Positions 58,232-64,000 of a DNA stretch of 64,000 nt are shown piece by piece. The stretch's first letter is position 1, and each line of letters starts with the position of its first letter. The position numbers were made by a program, and so were the translations under genes. Location of the stretch: positions 13,083 to 77,082 of the forward strand of contig JAGAMD010000024.1 of NCBI GenBank assembly GCA_017624905.1, given 5' to 3'. Below the pieces are notes generated by a model that did not search any database, was not told where the DNA came from, and saw only the letters and a list, made by a program, of their open reading frames with translations. This DNA is from Clostridia bacterium. GTDB lineage: Bacteria; Bacillota; Clostridia; Oscillospirales; CAG-272.

Positions 58232-58885
58232 ATGGATGTTTATGTAATTGGAAATGGATTTGACTTGCAACATTTGTTGCCAACAAAATATATCAATTTC
58301 CTCAATGTGGTTAATTTCTTGATAAGTTATTATGATAAAGAAAATATGAAAACAGTTGGAGATGTTTTTTCTAAATTAGCAAACGGGATCAATCCACTAG
58401 ATGATATGCCCGTTCCGGAAAACGATATAGTAAACAATGTTCGCTTATCTCGATGTTTTTTCTATGTATCTGATATTCTTCGTCAGATAATAGAAAATAA
58501 AGGTATAACTAAAAACAAAAGAAGTTCTAAAATACCATTTTCTATCACCGAAGAACAAATCGCAAGATTTGAATATTCTAAAGAACCAATTTCTCTTAGT
58601 GAAATTTCAAAAAGAATTTTCGCGGTAGCAGAAAATGACAATATGGAAAAAATAACGTATAAACAAATGCTTCAGTGGTTGATTGAAATAGGACTGTTGT
58701 ATGTAAATAGCATAGATGGAGAAAAATCTGAAAAACTACCAACAGAACAAGGAAAGCAAGTAGGAATAGCAATTGAGAATAGAAGAGGACATCGAGGAGA
58801 ATATAAGGTTATTACCTATAATATTGAGGCTCAACGATTCATTGTAGATAACATCGGAGCAATAATAGCTACTATAAACAAATAA
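58232..58885 (+). CDS. Chimeric ORF: AbiH-like N-terminus fused to an unrelated clostridial hypothetical domain
   Basis: VIGNGFDLQHLLPTKY..F (AbiH-like start) followed by KLANGINPLDD..VNNVRLSRCFFYV; ATG 58232 after AAGGAG. Confidence 0.6.
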   Translation: MDVYVIGNGFDLQHLLPTKYINFLNVVNFLISYYDKENMKTVGDVFSKLANGINPLDDMPVPENDIVNNVRLSRCFFYVSDILRQIIENKGITKNKRSSKIPFSITEEQIARFEYSKEPISLSEISKRIFAVAENDNMEKITYKQMLQWLIEIGLLYVNSIDGEKSEKLPTEQGKQVGIAIENRRGHRGEYKVITYNIEAQRFIVDNIGAIIATINK

Positions 58886-58906
58886 AATAATTAACGAGAA
58901 AATAAA

Positions 58907-59000
58907 ATGTCAAAAAGTGTACTTTTTTGATTTTGAAATCGGAGTAGAAGACAAAAAATAAAAGATATAGGTGCAGTAAATAGTAATTCATTCATACGTA
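58907..59000 (+). pseudogene. Frameshifted 5' remnant, possibly of a helicase/exonuclease gene
   Basis: MSKSV/FFDFEIGVEDKK/IKDIGAVNS reconstructed across two homopolymer frameshifts. Confidence 0.3.
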
Positions 59001-59032
59001 TGTGTCACAAAAAGTTAGACAAACAAATAGCC

Positions 59033-59101
59033 AAGAAATCACCCAATACGGCGACAGATAATAAGAAAAAGCATTTCCCCGAGAGGAAATGCTTTTCTTT
59101 T
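59033..59101 (+). repeat. 69-bp direct repeat, right copy (contains bidirectional terminator)
   Basis: One A>G difference from 52900-52968. Confidence 0.95.
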
Positions 59102-59181
59102 GTGCTCGGCACAGCCAAAGCACTAGTCATACAAAACTATTCCACTACTTCTTGTCAAGTAGTTCTTCTGAAAGAAGGCTC

Positions 59182-59385
59182 TTATTTTGTACCCTTAATG
59201 GAATTTTCGTAAGATTCTACCATCTTCTTAACCATTTGACCACCGATAGAACCTGCTTGCTTTGAAGTAAGGTTACCGTTATAGCCGTTTTGGTTAAGAG
59301 TTACGCCAACCTCGCTTGCAGCTTGCATCTTGAATTGGTCAAGAGCAGCCTTAGCTTCTGGCACTGAAATCTTCTTGCTAGCCAT
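59182..59385 (-). CDS. Alpha/beta-type small acid-soluble spore protein
   Basis: VPEAKAALDQFKMQAASEVGV, G.LTSKQAGSIGGQMVKKM. Confidence 0.95.
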   Translation of the reverse strand: MASKKISVPEAKAALDQFKMQAASEVGVTLNQNGYNGNLTSKQAGSIGGQMVKKMVESYENSIKGTK

Positions 59386-59583
59386 AATAAACTCCTATTC
59401 GTTTTATATATATTATCGAGCATAAGCGATTTAATCAAATCGCCCATCTCGACAATTTAATCAAATCTCAAACGCTCTGCTATTATTATGGTGCTTTGAT
59501 ACAAAAATATAATTGGTAATTTAAAGATAATTTAACACAAAATCCTTTATAAAAACTCTTCCTATTATAAATAGAAAAATATT

Positions 59584-59590
59584 TTCGACA
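59584..59590 (-). promoter_or_regulatory. Possible Spo0A box
   Basis: TGTCGAA on the minus strand in the SASP/antiporter intergenic region; a 7-mer can occur by chance. Confidence 0.3.
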
Positions 59591-59606
59591 AAATTCATTT
59601 TTACCC

Positions 59607-59635
59607 TTGACAAAAGGTGATTACCGTATTAAAAT
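59607..59635 (+). promoter_or_regulatory. sigmaA promoter of the antiporter gene
   Basis: TTGACA-N17-TAAAAT. Confidence 0.65.
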
Positions 59636-59686
59636 AGTATGCGTTTTGAAAACTAGAATTTTATCACTATTTTAGAAGGTAGAAAA

Positions 59687-61048
59687 ATGGAAATTATTTT
59701 TACTTTAGCAATTGCATTATTTGCAGGACTTCTTCTATCTAGACTTGCAAAGCTTGTTAATCTTCCTGCTGTTACTGCATACCTGATTGCAGGTGTTCTT
59801 ATTGGCCCATATCTTTTAGGTCAGCTTGGTGTTCACTTCGCCGATGTTTCGTTCCATTTCGGTTTTTCAGAAGCCGATATAACAGGCAACAAGTTTGAGC
59901 TTATTTCAAATGTGGCTCTAGGCTTTATTGCTTTTTCGATCGGTAATGAATTTAGAGTTAGTGATTTAAAGAAATTTGGTAAGCAAGCTACCATAATTGG
60001 TATTCTACAAGCAGTATTTACAACACTCGTTGTTGACGGAGCACTAATTGGCTTACACTTTATTTTAGGTGAAGATGTGTTCCCGCTCAAGTCAGCAATA
60101 ATCCTTGGTGCAATAGCATCAGCAACTGCTCCGGCGGCAACGCTTATGGTTGTTAAACAATACAAAGCACACGGACCTGTTACAAAAACACTTTTGCCGG
60201 TAGTTGCTCTCGATGATGCAGTTGGTCTTATTTTGTTTGCAATTTCATTTGGTGTAGCAAAATCAATAGGAACCGTTGGCGGGAATGTAAATCCTTGGCA
60301 GGTTGTAATATCTGTCGTTGTTGAACCAATTTTAGAGGTTCTTCTTTCAATCCTTCTTGGTGCTCTTATGGGCTTTGTATTCCAATTTATTGAAAGATTT
60401 TTCCATTCACGCTCAAAGCGTCTTGCTGTTTCAGTTGCGTTTGTTCTTATAACAGTTGCGATTTCAATGATTAAGTTCCCAATCGAGTTTACAGATGATG
60501 TTTCACTACATGTTGGCTTCTCATCATTACTTGCTTGTATGATGCTCGGTACAATATTCTGCAACATTTGTGATTTCTCAGCTGAGCTTATGGACCGTCT
60601 TGATCGTTGGACTGCACCAATTTATGTTTTGTTCTTTGTTATAAGCGGAGCAGAGCTAAAGCTGAGCGTATTTGCAAGATGGGAGTTTGTTGTTGTCGGT
60701 CTTGTTTATATCTTGTTCCGTTGCCTAGGCAAATATTTTGGTGCAAGAATCAGCTCTGATATTTCAAAAGCAGATCCAAATGTAAGAAAATTCCTCGGCA
60801 TCACCTTGTTCCCACAAGCAGGTGTAGCACTTGGTATGGCTAACATAGTAACCGAGCATTTTGGTGACTCGGACACAACAGCCGAAATGGTACTAAACAT
60901 CGTTCTGTTCTCAGTTCTTGTTTACGAAATTGTTGGTCCGTTCTTAACAAAGATTTCTCTTGAAAAAGCCGGAGAAATCGATAAAACTAAGAAAACAAGT
61001 AACAGAATTCGCCACCACGACAAAACCGTACCAACTACAAAAATATAA
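59687..61048 (+). CDS. Cation:proton antiporter (CPA/Na+-H+ exchanger family)
   Basis: LPAVTAYLIAGVLIGP, ATAPAAT, VALDDA, FFVISGA, PQAGVALG. Confidence 0.9.
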   Translation: MEIIFTLAIALFAGLLLSRLAKLVNLPAVTAYLIAGVLIGPYLLGQLGVHFADVSFHFGFSEADITGNKFELISNVALGFIAFSIGNEFRVSDLKKFGKQATIIGILQAVFTTLVVDGALIGLHFILGEDVFPLKSAIILGAIASATAPAATLMVVKQYKAHGPVTKTLLPVVALDDAVGLILFAISFGVAKSIGTVGGNVNPWQVVISVVVEPILEVLLSILLGALMGFVFQFIERFFHSRSKRLAVSVAFVLITVAISMIKFPIEFTDDVSLHVGFSSLLACMMLGTIFCNICDFSAELMDRLDRWTAPIYVLFFVISGAELKLSVFARWEFVVVGLVYILFRCLGKYFGARISSDISKADPNVRKFLGITLFPQAGVALGMANIVTEHFGDSDTTAEMVLNIVLFSVLVYEIVGPFLTKISLEKAGEIDKTKKTSNRIRHHDKTVPTTKI

Positions 61049-61049
61049 T

Positions 61050-61082
61050 AAAAAGTCGCCACCAAAAGTGGTGACTTTTTTT
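61050..61082 (+). terminator. Intrinsic terminator
   Basis: AAAAAGTCGCCAC-CAAAA-GTGGTGACTTTTTTT. Confidence 0.8.
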
Positions 61083-61196
61083 AATTTTTGTGCAATAAAA
61101 TTGGAAAGCATTTAATTACTATAACAAAGGAGAATATTGTTTTTTATCACTTTTCGTGGTATAATTAAAACAATTACTAACGAAAGGATGAAAGCT

Positions 61197-61778
61197 ATGC
61201 CGAACAAGAGAGATTCTTTAATAGAAGAGCTTATTTTACAAATCTCAACTGGCGATATGTCTGCTTTAGGTGAGCTATACGAGCTTATAAAAACCGATGT
61301 TTTTGCATACGCTTTGTCGAAAGCCTTTTCAGTACAAGATGCAGAGGATATCACTCATGATACCTTTGTACAAATTTATAAGTATTCCAAAAGATATATA
61401 CAAAAAGGAAAGCCCTTGGCTTGGATTTTTACAATAGAGCTAAACCTTGTGCGCCGTCAATACAATTTAAGCAAAAGAGTAATAGCCTTAGACGAAGAAA
61501 TCAAAACAAAATCAAGCGAAAATGATTTTTCAACACAAATAGTTGATAATCAATTTTTATGTCAAATAATGCGTACATTAAGCAAGGAAGAGCAAGAAAT
61601 TATAACCTTGCATGTTGTATCAGGACTAAAGCATAGAGAAATAGCTAAGCTAATCCAAAAGCCATTGTCTACTGTGCTATCAAAATATAATCGTGCTATT
61701 AAAAAGCTACAATCTAACGCAAAGGAGGAGAAAAATGAACGAGCAGGAAATGAAGAAAAAAATAAAAGAAGCATATGA
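61197..61778 (+). CDS. ECF-type RNA polymerase sigma factor
   Basis: DAEDITHDTF, AWIFTI region 2; LSKEEQEII.L....GLKHREIA region 4; alternative TTG start at 61137. Confidence 0.9.
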   Translation: MPNKRDSLIEELILQISTGDMSALGELYELIKTDVFAYALSKAFSVQDAEDITHDTFVQIYKYSKRYIQKGKPLAWIFTIELNLVRRQYNLSKRVIALDEEIKTKSSENDFSTQIVDNQFLCQIMRTLSKEEQEIITLHVVSGLKHREIAKLIQKPLSTVLSKYNRAIKKLQSNAKEEKNERAGNEEKNKRSI

Positions 61779-62718
61779 GAGCCAAAGCGTTGATTTGCTT
61801 TCTCAAATAGAATCATCATGTCAACAAGAAAAGCAAGCAGATGCATTTGAAAGCTCCAATAGAAGGTACACAATGAGTCGTACTTTAAGAAGCATAATTG
61901 CGTGTACTATTTGTCTAGCTTTGTTTATAACAGGATTCGGTGTTGGCTTTGTTATTCCAAATGCGATGGATAATAACAAGACCACATTTAATGATTCGAT
62001 AGAAACCTTTGTGTATTTAGATGTAAATCCAAGCGTTGAGCTTCAAGTTAATAATGAAAGTAAAATAGTTTCCTGTATTCCTACCAACAATGATGCGGAA
62101 ATAATTCTTAATGGATTAGAGCTTAAGGGAGTCGATATGAATACAGCACTTACTGCAATAATTGGCTCTATGTATGTAAATGGATACCTTTCAACTGATT
62201 CCAATTCCATTCTCGTCAGTGTAAACACTAGCGATGAAGATAATGAAACATCTATTATAGAGAGCATAACAGATAGAATTAACAAGGTGTTTGAGAAAAC
62301 CGATATGGAATGCTCAATAATTACGCAAAGTGTCGAGCTTAACGACGAATTAAAGCAAAGAGCAGAAGAAAATGGAGTATCAGTTGGCAAAATGCACTTT
62401 ATTGATAAAATAATAGAAAACAGAGAAGACTTTGGTGATGATGACCGCCCAGATCTATCTCATATGTCAATAAAGGAGCTTGATAAAATGTTTCCTAAGC
62501 ATCCAAATATGAATGGTGAAAATCCACCACCATTGCCTGAAAATGTCGAAGGCATGGATTCGGAGTTCCCGCCTCCATCTGGTCAAATGTCAGGTGTCAT
62601 CGAGGAGCCACCATTCCTTCCACCAATTGATAAAAAGCCACTAAAAGATGAGCAAGAATCCTTAGAACAATATCCAAAGCAAAAGGATGATAAGAGCTTA
62701 TCAAATATTCAAAACTAA
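61735..62718 (+). CDS. RsgI-like membrane anti-sigma factor with Pro-rich tail
   Basis: One TM, VYLDVNPSVEL..N...NNDAE extracytoplasmic domain, AEENGVSVGKM; ATG 61735 after AAGGAGG. Confidence 0.8.
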   Translation: MNEQEMKKKIKEAYESQSVDLLSQIESSCQQEKQADAFESSNRRYTMSRTLRSIIACTICLALFITGFGVGFVIPNAMDNNKTTFNDSIETFVYLDVNPSVELQVNNESKIVSCIPTNNDAEIILNGLELKGVDMNTALTAIIGSMYVNGYLSTDSNSILVSVNTSDEDNETSIIESITDRINKVFEKTDMECSIITQSVELNDELKQRAEENGVSVGKMHFIDKIIENREDFGDDDRPDLSHMSIKELDKMFPKHPNMNGENPPPLPENVEGMDSEFPPPSGQMSGVIEEPPFLPPIDKKPLKDEQESLEQYPKQKDDKSLSNIQN

Positions 62719-62726
62719 ATAAGAAT

Positions 62727-62758
62727 AAGAGCAGATTTGAAAAAATTTGCTCTTTTTT
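62727..62758 (+). terminator. Intrinsic terminator
   Basis: AAGAGCAGATTT-GAAA-AAATTTGCTCTT-TTTT. Confidence 0.75.
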
Positions 62759-62819
62759 GCAATAAAAAAATTAAAAATTTTATTATTTTTACAGATATAA
62801 TGTAGTTTTGGAGATGCTT

Positions 62820-64000
62820 ATGAAAAAAACTAAACTTATAAGTCTAATAGCACTTTTTATCAGTGTGTTGCTTATATTTACATCTTGTGGCTTTAGTGGC
62901 TGTAATAAAATTAACTTTAATGATGATTTTTCTGATGAAAGACCACCGTCCCACATGGGGAATATACCAATGCAACCACCGATGGAGCCACCTGCTATAC
63001 CACCAATCGAGGATTCGACTAGCAATACCGACGATAATACAGTTGAAACCGAGCATTCACATTTTCTTGTAAAAGAGTCTACCGAGCCATCAACTTATGA
63101 AAGTGAAGGACGAGTTGTTTACAAATGCTCATTCTGTGATTATGAAGAATATGAGGCAATACCAAGACTTGAGCATAGCTTTTCTACAACTCTCAGCTAT
63201 GATGAAAACAATCATTGGTATGCTTGTCTTGATAAGGGCTATGATACTCTAAAGAGTGGCGAATCTGAGCATAGCTTTTCTGTAAAGAGCGTTTCTTCCG
63301 CGACCTATGAAAGTGAGGAAATTACTGAGTATTTGTGCACCTGTGGTTATGCTAAATTTGAAATAACAAGTGGTAAGCTTGAGCATAACTATTCAAGCAC
63401 TTTCTCCTATGATGATACCCACCATTGGTATTCTTGTGTTGACATAGGATACGAAGAGCTTAGAGCTGGAGAAGCTATGCATACAGATTCAAATGAAGTA
63501 ATCTTACAAGCAACAACTGATACCACTGCTGGTCGTGCAAGATATACTTGTAGTGAGTGTGGACATACCTATGAAAAAACAATATATCTAAAAACGGAAA
63601 TCACAGCCTCTCCTGTTGCATCTAATAATACAGTTTATATAGGACAACCACTTTCAAGCATTAGCTTGATTGGTGGCGAGGGCAGTGTTGAAGGTGTATT
63701 TAATTGGTCAAATCCTAATGAGATAATAACTACTAGTGGTCAGTATAGTGTTACCTTCACACCAACACAGAGCGATGTATATGAAACACTTTACACAACT
63801 GTATATGTAACCGCTACACAATTAACCATAACATTAAACATTGGCGAAAATGGTACTGCAAGTCAAAGCGGAACAATAAATGTCAATTATGGGGAAGATG
63901 TTACAGTAGCATTTTCTGCAAACAACGGATATGAAATTTCAGAGGTTTTATTAGATGGAATTTCACAAGCCAATCTTAATGAAATCACGCTTGAAAATGT
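62820..64000 (+). CDS. Large surface lipoprotein, runs off the window end (absent from the ORF track)
   Basis: ATG 62820 after GGAG: MKKTKLISLIALFISVLLIFTSC lipobox, Pro-rich stretch, His/Cys repeats (HW..C, C..CGH), then Ig/InlB-like segment (VNYGEDVTV..ANNGYEI..V.LDG); frame open to 64000. Confidence 0.85.
   Translation, partial: MKKTKLISLIALFISVLLIFTSCGFSGCNKINFNDDFSDERPPSHMGNIPMQPPMEPPAIPPIEDSTSNTDDNTVETEHSHFLVKESTEPSTYESEGRVVYKCSFCDYEEYEAIPRLEHSFSTTLSYDENNHWYACLDKGYDTLKSGESEHSFSVKSVSSATYESEEITEYLCTCGYAKFEITSGKLEHNYSSTFSYDDTHHWYSCVDIGYEELRAGEAMHTDSNEVILQATTDTTAGRARYTCSECGHTYEKTIYLKTEITASPVASNNTVYIGQPLSSISLIGGEGSVEGVFNWSNPNEIITTSGQYSVTFTPTQSDVYETLYTTVYVTATQLTITLNIGENGTASQSGTINVNYGEDVTVAFSANNGYEISEVLLDGISQANLNEITLEN

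Larger units (their letters stand above)
52900..59101. mobile_element. Direct-repeat-bounded defence island without integrase
   Basis: Flanking 69-bp repeats 6,133 bp apart; RM, Fic, HEPN-like and Abi-like cargo. Confidence 0.75.

Noticed and set aside
52900-59101. CRISPR, integron or DGR reading of the 69-bp repeat
   Set aside because: Only two copies 6.1 kb apart; no spacer array, cas, integron integrase or reverse transcriptase in the window; a single A>G difference is not evidence of DGR mutagenesis
59000-59212. 70-aa ORF in the track
   Set aside because: Runs through the repeat/terminator into the antisense of SASP; no RBS or motif
59833-60567. 244-aa minus-strand ORF
   Set aside because: Antisense shadow of the antiporter; no recognisable motif
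62789-63072. Short ORFs 62789-63025, 62844-63056 and 62863-63072
   Set aside because: Explained by the long + strand lipoprotein ORF starting at 62820

Overview
AT-rich chromosomal window from a spore-forming Clostridia-type Firmicute. The lineage is inferred from the SASP, GerA/SpoVAF, SpoIIQ-like M23, HprK, ECF transporter, Mini-III and RsgI-type anti-sigma genes. Most of it is housekeeping and metabolic: ychF, ruvABC, ecfAAT-truA, a Clp ATPase, proS, gdhA, hprK, pcrA, GH36 and GH2 glycosidases, and tRNA-Leu(CAA). The main accessory feature is a 6,133-bp integrase-free defence cassette (52900-59101) bounded by a 69-bp direct repeat (68/69 identical) that duplicates the GH2 3' end and its bidirectional terminator. 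The cassette carries Fic-HTH, type I hsdM and hsdS without hsdR, a HEPN-like gene and a membrane gene between hsdM and hsdS, an AbiH-like chimeric ORF and a frameshifted remnant. Other notable signals: a ThyX-fold protein with a rewritten active site; several intact pseudo-enzymes; an ECF sigma / RsgI-like anti-sigma module with a candidate promoter motif and two possible sigma starts; an RBS-sequestering terminator hairpin before the GerA-family gene; REP-like hairpins; and a Thr/Asn-rich linker shared by unrelated exported proteins. All family calls come from motif recognition by eye, not database searches.
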